Of a stretch of DNA of 64,000 nucleotides, positions 1 through 7,907 are shown one piece after another. The position numbers were made by a program, and so were the translations under genes. The stretch spans positions 5,384-69,383 of the forward strand of contig JADDQH010000003.1 in assembly GCA_016781485.1 (NCBI GenBank), in the 5' to 3' direction. A model generated the notes under the pieces. It was not told the DNA's origin. It ran no database searches and was given only the letters and a program-made list of their open reading frames with translations. Positions within the stretch are counted from its first letter, which is position 1. The number at the start of each line of letters is the position of its first letter. The DNA comes from Chloroflexota bacterium. GTDB taxonomy: Bacteria > Chloroflexota > Limnocylindria > Limnocylindrales > CSP1-4.

Positions 1-8
1 GAGGCCCG

Positions 9-434
9 TTGCATCGAGCCGTTGCACCGACCTCTCTTCTTGCCATCGCCCTCGCCTTGAGTGCCTGCGGAGGAACCGCGGCGGTGGACATCAGGGAAGG
101 CCAGTGCTTCAACGGCGGCGGAGAGGAAGAGGTCGCCGAAGTGCAGGACGTCCCGTGCGAGGAGCCGCACGACAGCGAGGTCTACGCGGTCTTCGACTAC
201 CCGGCGCAGGAGGACGACTACCCGGGCAACGACGTCCTTCGCGACTACGGCGACGCGGAGTGCCGCGACCGGTTCGATGACTTCGTCGGCATCGACTACG
301 AGCAGTCGGAGCTCGTGATGGGCACGCTCTGGCCATCGACCGATACGTGGGCGATGGGCGACCGCGCGATCGTGTGCACCGTCTCCGCAGAAGAAGAGCA
401 GCTGACAGGCTCGATGAAGGGCTCGCGGCGCTAG
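9..434 (+). CDS. Septum-formation-family lipoprotein (actinobacterial)
   Basis: TTG start; lipoprotein signal peptide with lipobox LALSAC; conserved Cys pairs and W-x-GDR-x-VC tail typical of the actinobacterial Septum_form domain. Confidence 0.5.
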   Translation: MHRAVAPTSLLAIALALSACGGTAAVDIREGQCFNGGGEEEVAEVQDVPCEEPHDSEVYAVFDYPAQEDDYPGNDVLRDYGDAECRDRFDDFVGIDYEQSELVMGTLWPSTDTWAMGDRAIVCTVSAEEEQLTGSMKGSRR

Positions 435-476
435 GGAACGACTCGAACCCTACCTTTGCCGCGGCCTCGCGGTCGT

Positions 477-3400
477 CTAGCCTCCCAGCTCGAGCTCGAC
501 CAGCCCGTCGCCGAGCCTCCGCCGGATCGCCGCGAGCAGATCCCCGTCATACGCCACGCCCTGGCGCAACTCCATCGGCTGGTCGCGACCGGGCCCTGCT
601 GGGACGTGGAGGACGACCTTCGTCTCGCCGGGATGAGTCGCGAACAGGTCTCGGAGCGCCGAGAACGCGCCGAGGACGGCATCCTGCCCGGTCAGCCGGA
701 ACCGGACGTGGAGCGATCGGCCGGGAGGCGCCTGTAGTGGCTGGGTCGGAGCCGCCTCGTCGGCCACGACCCGCCGACGCGCCTCGTCAGGCAGCGGCGG
801 TTCGTCCTCGTGATCGGGTGAGAGCACGGCCACGGACCGAGGCTCCGCGGGCTCAGCGCGGGGCTCGACAGGCCGGGGGATCGGTCCGTCGATGACGAAC
901 TCCCGATACCCCGTCACCTCTCCGCCCCGCAGCGGTGACACGAGAGGGATCCGTCGGACTCGTGCCGGCGTGGCGGTCTGGACAGCACCGACCGGCACGG
1001 AGACAGGCGATGCGGCCGCGACGGGCACGGGCACGGGCGACCGCAACGCATCGTCATTCCCCCCGTTGCCCACGCCGTTCCCGTTGCCGGCGCCGTTCCC
1101 GTTACCGGCGCCGTTCCCGTTACCGCCGAGATGCCCATCCATGTGGGCCGGTCCGTTCCCGTTGTCCACGCCATTCGCGCGGTACCCCGGCCGGTTGGCT
1201 GCCCCGTTCGCCGCGCCGTTGCGCCAGCCGTTCCCATTCGCTGCGTTCCCGGTGCCGTTCCGGCGCCCGCGCTCGCCACTCGAGACCACGCGCGAGAACG
1301 CGTCGTCCCCCATCGTCGTCGCCTGCTCCCACGTCCAGACGCTGTCTGCGAGGAGGACGGATTCCTCCCCCTTGTGGTCCACGCGACCGGCGACGACCAG
1401 GATCGCTTCCTCCTGCCAGAGTCCGTCGGTCGTGTCCAGCGTCTTCGGGAAGACGACGACCTCGAGCGTCCCCTGGAGGTCCTCCAGTGAGACGCGAGCC
1501 ATCATGGAGCCGGACCGCGTCGGCTGGCGCCGGATGGCCGTAACGATGCCGGCGACCACGACCCGCTGCTGATCGAGCTCCTCCCCCATCTCCCCGCTGT
1601 ACGCGGTCACGTAGCGACCGATCTGGTCGGCGAGCTCGCCCAGCGGATGGTCGCTCAGGTACAGACCCAGCAGCTCCTTCTCCCAGCGGAGCCGCTCCCG
1701 CAGCGGGGCTTCGGTCGCCACGGGGAGCCGGCGCTCCATCGGGGCGTCGTCCACGACCGCGTCGAACAGCGACGTCTGCCCCGTCAGCCGGTCGCGCTGG
1801 GCCGCCTGCCCCGCTGCCATCGCGTCATCGAGCGCGAGCAGGAGCTGCGCGGGGTGGCCGAGCCGGTTGAGCGCGCCTACCTTGATCAGCGATTCGAGGA
1901 CCCGCTTGTTGGCGAGACGGAGGTCGATGCGGGAGCAGAAGTCTGCAAGTGACCGGAAGGCGCCGTCCGAGTCGCGCGCCTCGACGATCGACTCGATCGC
2001 CCCCTCCCCCACGTTCTTGACCGCGAGGAGCCCGAACCGGATCGCGTCCTCCTCGACCGTGAAGTCGAGCCCGCTCACGTGGACGTCCGGTGGCCGCACC
2101 TCGATCCCCATCCGGCGGCACTCCGCGACAGCCGCCGCGACCTTGTCCGCATTGTCGCGGGACGCGGACAGGACCGACGTCATGTACTCGACGGTGTAGT
2201 TCGCCTTGAGGTACGCCGTCTGGTAGGCGATGAGCCCGTAGCAGGTCGCGTGGGCCTTGTTGAAGCCGTAGCGCTCGAACGGCTGGAACGCGGCGAAGAC
2301 GGCGTCGATGACCTGGGCGGGGACGCCGCGCTCGGCCGCCTGTCGCACGAACTTCTCCCGCTGGGCGCGGAGCACCGACGACTTCTTCTTTCGGATCGCG
2401 TAGCCGAGGGTGTCCGCCTCCGGGCCCGTGAACCCGCCCAGGGCCTTCGCGGCGGACATGATGTCCTCCTGGTAGACGAAGATCCCGTACGTCTTCTCCA
2501 GGTACGGCTCGAGCAGCGGGTGGAGATAGGTCACGCGTTCCTGCCCGTGCTTGCGTCGGATGTACGCGGGGATGTTGTCCATCGGGCCGGGTCGGAAGAG
2601 CGCGACCATGGCCGCCAGGTCATGGACCGACGTCGGGCGCAGCTCCTTGACGTAGCGGCGCATGCCCGGCGACTCCAGCTGGAAGATGCCGGTCGTCTCG
2701 CCCGACGCAAGGAGCTCGAACGTCTTCGCGTCGTCGAGCGGGATGCGGTCCAGGTCGATCCGGTCGCCGCCGCGGGTCTTCTGGATCAGGTCCACGGCGT
2801 GGCGGAGGATGGTCAGGTTCGACAGGCCGAGGAAGTCGAACTTCAGCAGGCCCAGCGCCTCGACCGCGTGCATCTCGTACTGGGTCATCAGCGAGTCGGA
2901 GTTGGTCGCACGCTGGAGCGGCATCAGCTCGGTCAGCGGCTCGCGGCTGATGACCACGCCCGCGGCGTGCGTGGACGCGTTCCGGGCGACGCCTTCGACC
3001 TGCTTCGCGAGGTCCAGGAGCTTGCGGACCTGCGCGTCGCCCTCGTACGACTCCTTGAGCGGCGGGGAGACCTGGAGCGCCTCGTCGAGCTTGATGCCCA
3101 GCTGGTTCGGGACGGCCTTGGCGATCCGGTCGACCTCGCCGTAGCCGAAGCCGAGCACCCGCCCGACGTCGCGGATCGCGGCTCGCGCGAGCATGGTGCC
3201 GAACGTGATGATCTGGGCGACGTGATCCGATCCGTACTTCCGGGTGACGTACGCGATGACCTCATCGCGCCGCGAGTCCTCGAAGTCGACGTCGATGTCC
3301 GGCATCGTCACCCGCTCGGGGTTCAGGAACCGCTCGAACGGCAGGTCGTAGCGGATCGGATCGACCGGAGTGATGCCGAGCGTGTAGGTGACGAGTGAGC

Positions 3401-4511
3401 CGGGCGCGCTGCCGCGGCACGTGGTCGCGATCCCCTGCTCGCGCGCGAAGCGGGTGAAGTCGGCGACGATGAGGAAGTAGCCGGCGTACCCCATCTCGGT
3501 GATGACGCGCAGCTCGTAGTCGAGGCGGTCGCGCAGCTCCTGGGTCGGCTCACCGTACCGCTCCCGGAGACCCCGCTCGCACTCGGCGCGGAGCCAGCTC
3601 TCGACCGTGTGGCCGTCCGGGACCGGGAACTGGGGCAGGCGCAGCTGTCCGAAGCTGAACTCGAGCTTCGTCATCTCGGCGATCCGTCGCGTGTTCGCGA
3701 TCGACTCGGGCACATCGCGGAACGACTCGACCATCTCGGCCGCGCTCTTGAGGTAGAAGTCCTGGGTCTCGAAGCGCATCCGCCCGGGCGTGTCGAGGTT
3801 GGATGCCGTCCCGACGCATAGCAGCACGTCGTGGGCCTCGGCCTGGCTCTTGTGGACGTAGTGGAGGTCGTTCGTGGCGACGAGCGGCAGGGCCGCCTCG
3901 GGCGCGAGGCGCAGCAGCCGCTCGTTCAGCCGGCGCTGCTCGGGAAGCCCGTGGTCCTGGAGCTCGAGGAAGAAGTTCCCCTTCCCGAAGATGTCGCCGT
4001 AGGCGCCGGCGAGCCGTCGCGCGCTCTCCCAGTCGTCCGTCTCGAGCGCGCGAGGGATCTCGCCGTTCAGGCAGGCACTGAGGCCGATCAAGCCCTCGGC
4101 GTGCTGCGCGAGGTAGTCGCGGTCGATGCGGGGCTTGTAGTAGTAGCCGTCGAGGTGGGCGTCGGTGACGATCCGGCACAGGTTTCGGTAGCCGGTCCAG
4201 TCCTTCGCGAGGAGGATGAGGTGGAACGGCTGGGCGTCCGCCTTGCCCTCCCGGTCGGCCATCGAGCGTCGGGCGATGTACGTCTCGACGCCGATGATCG
4301 GCTTGATCCCCTTGTCCCGTGCCGCCTGGTAGAACGCGACGGCGCCGTAGAGCGCGCCGTGGTCGGTCAGCGCGAGCGAATCGAAGCCGTGCGCGGCCGC
4401 CTGATCGACGAGGTCCGGGATCCGCCCCAGCCCGTCGAGGAGGCTGAACTCGGAGTGCGTGTGAAGATGGACGAAGTCGTTCGGCGCGGTCACGGACAAG
4501 GAGACTACCAC
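477..4511 (-). CDS. dnaE: DNA polymerase III alpha subunit DnaE with an unusual ~250-aa C-terminal extension
   Basis: N-terminal PHP domain (HTHSEFSLLDG), polymerase core, OB fold; 1344 aa against the usual ~1180 aa; the C-terminal part contains an (NG)n low-complexity linker followed by an extra ~110-aa segment. Confidence 0.9.
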   Translation of the reverse strand: MVVSLSVTAPNDFVHLHTHSEFSLLDGLGRIPDLVDQAAAHGFDSLALTDHGALYGAVAFYQAARDKGIKPIIGVETYIARRSMADREGKADAQPFHLILLAKDWTGYRNLCRIVTDAHLDGYYYKPRIDRDYLAQHAEGLIGLSACLNGEIPRALETDDWESARRLAGAYGDIFGKGNFFLELQDHGLPEQRRLNERLLRLAPEAALPLVATNDLHYVHKSQAEAHDVLLCVGTASNLDTPGRMRFETQDFYLKSAAEMVESFRDVPESIANTRRIAEMTKLEFSFGQLRLPQFPVPDGHTVESWLRAECERGLRERYGEPTQELRDRLDYELRVITEMGYAGYFLIVADFTRFAREQGIATTCRGSAPGSLVTYTLGITPVDPIRYDLPFERFLNPERVTMPDIDVDFEDSRRDEVIAYVTRKYGSDHVAQIITFGTMLARAAIRDVGRVLGFGYGEVDRIAKAVPNQLGIKLDEALQVSPPLKESYEGDAQVRKLLDLAKQVEGVARNASTHAAGVVISREPLTELMPLQRATNSDSLMTQYEMHAVEALGLLKFDFLGLSNLTILRHAVDLIQKTRGGDRIDLDRIPLDDAKTFELLASGETTGIFQLESPGMRRYVKELRPTSVHDLAAMVALFRPGPMDNIPAYIRRKHGQERVTYLHPLLEPYLEKTYGIFVYQEDIMSAAKALGGFTGPEADTLGYAIRKKKSSVLRAQREKFVRQAAERGVPAQVIDAVFAAFQPFERYGFNKAHATCYGLIAYQTAYLKANYTVEYMTSVLSASRDNADKVAAAVAECRRMGIEVRPPDVHVSGLDFTVEEDAIRFGLLAVKNVGEGAIESIVEARDSDGAFRSLADFCSRIDLRLANKRVLESLIKVGALNRLGHPAQLLLALDDAMAAGQAAQRDRLTGQTSLFDAVVDDAPMERRLPVATEAPLRERLRWEKELLGLYLSDHPLGELADQIGRYVTAYSGEMGEELDQQRVVVAGIVTAIRRQPTRSGSMMARVSLEDLQGTLEVVVFPKTLDTTDGLWQEEAILVVAGRVDHKGEESVLLADSVWTWEQATTMGDDAFSRVVSSGERGRRNGTGNAANGNGWRNGAANGAANRPGYRANGVDNGNGPAHMDGHLGGNGNGAGNGNGAGNGNGVGNGGNDDALRSPVPVPVAAASPVSVPVGAVQTATPARVRRIPLVSPLRGGEVTGYREFVIDGPIPRPVEPRAEPAEPRSVAVLSPDHEDEPPLPDEARRRVVADEAAPTQPLQAPPGRSLHVRFRLTGQDAVLGAFSALRDLFATHPGETKVVLHVPAGPGRDQPMELRQGVAYDGDLLAAIRRRLGDGLVELELGG
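1074..1127. repeat. Three tandem 18-bp repeats (GCCGTTCCCGTTRCCGSC) embedded in a larger degenerate CCGTT-rich tract (~1000-1270) inside the 3' end of dnaE; encodes GNGNGA repeats
   Basis: Direct inspection: gccgttcccgttgccggc / gccgttcccgttaccggc / gccgttcccgttaccgcc are contiguous. Confidence 0.8.
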
Positions 4512-4723
4512 TCCATCTGGTACCGCGCCCGGCTCATCCTTCTACATCTTGTGGATGAGCGGTGGACGACGCGTGGACGACGACATCGTGGCGCGCACCC
4601 CCATCCTGTTGTGCACGCGGACCGTCTTACCAGTCGACGCTGACCCCGACGCGCACCACGTTCACCTCCGCCCTCAGAGCGAAGACAAGCGTTCATGGGA
4701 ACGACAGCCGGAGTGCTAGACTC

Positions 4724-4905
4724 GCTGCGGCCTTCGGGGCAGGGTGAGAATCCCGACCGGTGGTGGTTCCCCGCATCGCGGGGAGAGCCCACGAGCCGCA
4801 CTCGCTCGAGTCGAACGGGTGTGGCAGATCCGACAGCGGTGACTGTGTCAGCGCGAACGGAGCCGACGGTACAGTCCGGATGGAAGAAGGCGTCTTCGCC
4901 GTGCT
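4724..4905 (+). ncRNA. FMN riboswitch (RFN element) in the ribD leader
   Basis: CTTCGGGGCAGGGTGAGAATCCCGACCGGTGGT...AGCCCACGAGC...GCAGATCCGACAGCGGTGA...CAGTCCGGATGGAAGAAGG matches the conserved RFN core (B. subtilis ribD leader: GGGGCAGGGTGAAATTCCCGACCGGCGGTAG...CCGACAGTGAAAGTCTGGATGGGAGAAGG). P1 closure is CCTTC/GAAGG. A CGTGC/GCACG hairpin follows, then a GGAGG RBS before the ribD ATG at 4974. Confidence 0.85.
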
Positions 4906-4973
4906 GCTCGGCACGAGCGTCGCTGCGTTCGCCTGCCCCGAGGTCGCGGTCCTGGTCGCACCGGAGGCAGTGG

Positions 4974-6107
4974 ATGGACGGTATGGCGCGAGCGGTGGAG
5001 CTCGCGGAGCGCGGACTGGGGCGGACCGCCCCGAACCCGCCGGTCGGCGCAGTCGTCATCGCCGATGCCTCCATCGTGGGTGAGGGCTACCACACCGCCG
5101 CGGGACGGCCGCATGCCGAGAGCGTGGCACTCGACGAGGCGGGTGAGCGCGCCCTGGGTTCCACGCTCTACGTCACGCTCGAGCCGTGCGCCCATCACGG
5201 CCGCACCCCGCCCTGCGCGGACGCGATCGTGGCGGCCGGTGTCGGGGAGGTCCGTTACGCCGTTGAGGACCCGGACCCACGTGTCCGAGGACGAGGGAGG
5301 AAGCGGTTGGAGGCCGCGGGCATCCGCGTGGTCGCCGGCGACGGCAGCGCGGCAGCGGCGAGGACGCTTCGCGGGTACCTCAAGCGGCAGGCGACCGGCC
5401 TGCCCTGGATCACGGCGAAGTACGCGATGAGCCTGGACGGGAAGATCGCGGCCCGCACCGGTGACGCGCGGTGGATCAGCGGCGACGCATCACGGCGCTA
5501 CGCGCACGAGCTGCGCGACCGCGTCGACGCGGTCGTGGTGGGCGTGGGCACGGTCCGGACCGACGATCCACGGCTCACCGTCCGTCCCGCGCCGCCGGAC
5601 GGGCGGCAGCCGCTCCGCGTCGTGGTCGACACGCGGCTCTCGATCCCGCTCGACGCCGCGCTGGTCGGTCCCGAGCTCGCCGCCGGGACACTGGTCGCGT
5701 TCGGGTCTGACCGAGCGGCGAGAGCACCCGGATCGACGGAACGCCAACGGACGCTCGAAGAACGGGGCGTCTCGCTCGTGCCCGTGCCGGAAGACCCCGA
5801 CGGCAGGGTCGATCTCTCGGCGCTCGTCTCCGAGCTCGGCCGCCGTGGGCTGTCCGAGGTTCTCGTCGAAGGTGGAGGCGAACTCCTCGCCAGCTTCTTC
5901 GGCAAGGCTCTGGTGGACGAGGTCGAGTGTTGCGTCGCGCCGATCGTGATCGGGGGCCGCGGCGCCCCCACGCCGGCCGCGGGACGCGGGGTGGACCGCG
6001 TCGCTGACGCCGGCACATGGGAGATCGTCGACCTCCTGCAACGACCTCCCGACGTCTGGCTCCGCGCGCGGCCGCGAGGACACCCAGGGAGGACAGCAGA
6101 TGTTTAG
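4974..6107 (+). CDS. ribD: Bifunctional diaminohydroxyphosphoribosylaminopyrimidine deaminase / 5-amino-6-(5-phosphoribosylamino)uracil reductase RibD
   Basis: Deaminase zinc motifs HAE...PCxxC (HAESVAL, LEPCAHHGRTPPC) followed by a reductase domain. The ORF track extends upstream over the riboswitch; the start is set at the ATG after the GGAGG RBS. Confidence 0.85.
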   Translation: MDGMARAVELAERGLGRTAPNPPVGAVVIADASIVGEGYHTAAGRPHAESVALDEAGERALGSTLYVTLEPCAHHGRTPPCADAIVAAGVGEVRYAVEDPDPRVRGRGRKRLEAAGIRVVAGDGSAAAARTLRGYLKRQATGLPWITAKYAMSLDGKIAARTGDARWISGDASRRYAHELRDRVDAVVVGVGTVRTDDPRLTVRPAPPDGRQPLRVVVDTRLSIPLDAALVGPELAAGTLVAFGSDRAARAPGSTERQRTLEERGVSLVPVPEDPDGRVDLSALVSELGRRGLSEVLVEGGGELLASFFGKALVDEVECCVAPIVIGGRGAPTPAAGRGVDRVADAGTWEIVDLLQRPPDVWLRARPRGHPGRTADV

Positions 6108-7374
6108 CGGCATCGTCGAGGTGATCGCGAGCGTCCGATCCCTCCTTCACGTCGGTCCGGCGGTCCGTCTGACAGTGTCGGGGCTGCCAGCCGCGGAGGA
6201 GGTGGTCCTCGGCGAGAGCATCGCCGTGAACGGGGTGTGCCTGACCGTCGCGGGGCAGGGTGACGACGGTGATGTGACCTTCGACCTGATGCCCGAGACA
6301 CTGCACCGGACGAACCTGGGCTCCCTCGAGCCGGGGTCGGTCGTCAACCTGGAGCGTTCGCTTCGCTTCGGCGACCGGGTCGGCGGGCACTTCGTGCAGG
6401 GTCACGTCGATGGGACCGCGGAGGTCGTCTCGGTCGAACCCGAGGGTGACGCGCTGCTGGTCCGGTTCCGGCTCCACCAGCCGCGACTCGCCGCCTACCT
6501 CGTCGAGAAGGGGTTCGTCGCGGTCGACGGGGTGAGCCTGACGGTGGTCGAGACGCGCCACGAGACGTTCCTCGTCTCACTCGTCCGTACGACGATCGAG
6601 CGGACGTTGCTCGGGTCCCTGCGCACGGGCGCCGTCGTCAACATCGAGGTGGACGTCTTCGCTCGGTACCTGGTCGACCGCAGCATCCTCGCTCCCGCCG
6701 CCGGTGACGCACCGCCCTCAAGCCTGGTCGAAGAGGTCATCACCGACCTGAGGATGGGACGGCCGGTCATCCTCCTGGACGACCCGGACCGCGAGGACGA
6801 GGGCGATCTCGTGATGGCCGCAGAGTTCGCCACTCCGGAGTGGATCGCGTTCTTCATCCGGGAGGCGCGCGGTGTGCTGTGCGTCGCGATGGAAGGATCC
6901 CGCCTGGACGCGCTCGCGGTCCCGCTGATGATCGCCGAGAACACGTCTCCCCAGCGCACTCCGTTCACCGTCAGCGTCGATGCCGTCGGTACCTCGACCG
7001 GCGTCTCCGCCGCTGACCGTGCGCGGACGGTCAGGACGCTCGCGGACCCCGCCGCCCGGCCCTCCGACCTGCTTCGTCCCGGCCACGTGTTCCCGCTCCG
7101 CGCGGCAGCCGGCGGGTTGCAGGAGCGGCGCGGTCACACCGAAGCGGCCGTCGAACTGTGTCGCGCCGCGGGGCTCGCGGCTGCAGCCGTGATCGCCGAG
7201 ATCATCGAGCCCGACGGGCGGATGGCGCGCCGGCCCGAACTCGAGACGTTCGCGCGGACCCACGGCCTCCGGATCGTCTCGGTCGCCGAGCTCGCCGACT
7301 CCCTACGAGTGGACGCCGCGGCGCACCCCGCCGCGGACGGCCCGACGCCTCCCCTCCTGGCGACGATGGCATGA
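6100..7374 (+). CDS. Riboflavin synthase (RibE/RibC) fused in frame to 3,4-dihydroxy-2-butanone-4-phosphate synthase (RibB); no GTP cyclohydrolase II domain
   Basis: N-terminal MFSGIVE...two lumazine-binding repeats (~195 aa), linker, then the DHBP synthase core (RPVILLDDPDREDEGDLVMAAE...GHTEAAVELCRAAGL). At 424 aa there is no room for a RibA domain. Start overlaps the ribD stop; stop overlaps the ribH ATG (ATGA). Confidence 0.85.
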   Translation: MFSGIVEVIASVRSLLHVGPAVRLTVSGLPAAEEVVLGESIAVNGVCLTVAGQGDDGDVTFDLMPETLHRTNLGSLEPGSVVNLERSLRFGDRVGGHFVQGHVDGTAEVVSVEPEGDALLVRFRLHQPRLAAYLVEKGFVAVDGVSLTVVETRHETFLVSLVRTTIERTLLGSLRTGAVVNIEVDVFARYLVDRSILAPAAGDAPPSSLVEEVITDLRMGRPVILLDDPDREDEGDLVMAAEFATPEWIAFFIREARGVLCVAMEGSRLDALAVPLMIAENTSPQRTPFTVSVDAVGTSTGVSAADRARTVRTLADPAARPSDLLRPGHVFPLRAAAGGLQERRGHTEAAVELCRAAGLAAAAVIAEIIEPDGRMARRPELETFARTHGLRIVSVAELADSLRVDAAAHPAADGPTPPLLATMA

Positions 7375-7907
7375 CGGACCAGCCGGACGACCGGGGACTG
7401 ACGCTCGCGATCGTTGCCTCTCGGTTCAACGAGCAGATCGTAGATCGACTATTGGAGACGACGCTCGACGAGCTCACCCGTCTCGGGGTGTCGACCTCGG
7501 ACGTCCTGGTACTGCGCGCTCCGGGTGCCTTCGAGCTGCCCCTCGTGGCACAAGCCGTCCTGGACACGGCCGACCCTCCCGACGCGGTCATCTGCCTCGG
7601 TGCGGTCATCCGCGGCGAGACGCCGCACTTCGACTTCGTGGCGAGGTCCGCGGCAGATGGGATCCTTCGTGTCAGCCTCGACACCGGTCGGCCGGTGATC
7701 TTCGGCGTCCTGACCACCGATACCGCTGAACAGGCCCTCGACCGCGTGGACGGCCGCTACCGGCGGGGGGCCGACGCCGCCCGCGACGCGGTGACGATGG
7801 TGAGGCTCCTGGCGGCGACCCAAGGCGAGCGTCCGCGTACAGTTGCACGGATGCGAACGGGCCGCTCTGACGCCACCGACGGATCACGGGCTGGAGGAGA
7901 TGCGTGA
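7371..7907 (+). CDS. ribH: 6,7-dimethyl-8-ribityllumazine synthase
   Basis: LAIVASRFNEQIVDRLL...GAFELP...AVICLGAVIRGETPHFDFV lumazine synthase core; ATGA overlap with the upstream gene. Confidence 0.85.
   Translation: MTDQPDDRGLTLAIVASRFNEQIVDRLLETTLDELTRLGVSTSDVLVLRAPGAFELPLVAQAVLDTADPPDAVICLGAVIRGETPHFDFVARSAADGILRVSLDTGRPVIFGVLTTDTAEQALDRVDGRYRRGADAARDAVTMVRLLAATQGERPRTVARMRTGRSDATDGSRAGGDA

Noticed and set aside
61-895. ORF-track ORFs 61..318(+), 109..336(-), 347..895(+), 431..682(-), 456..737(+), 892..1572(+), 935..1543(+), 2079..3398(+) and similar Arg/Pro/Ala-rich ORFs overlapping the septum-formation gene and dnaE
   Set aside because: Composition typical of antisense or out-of-frame translations of high-GC coding DNA; they overlap well-supported genes with clear family signatures
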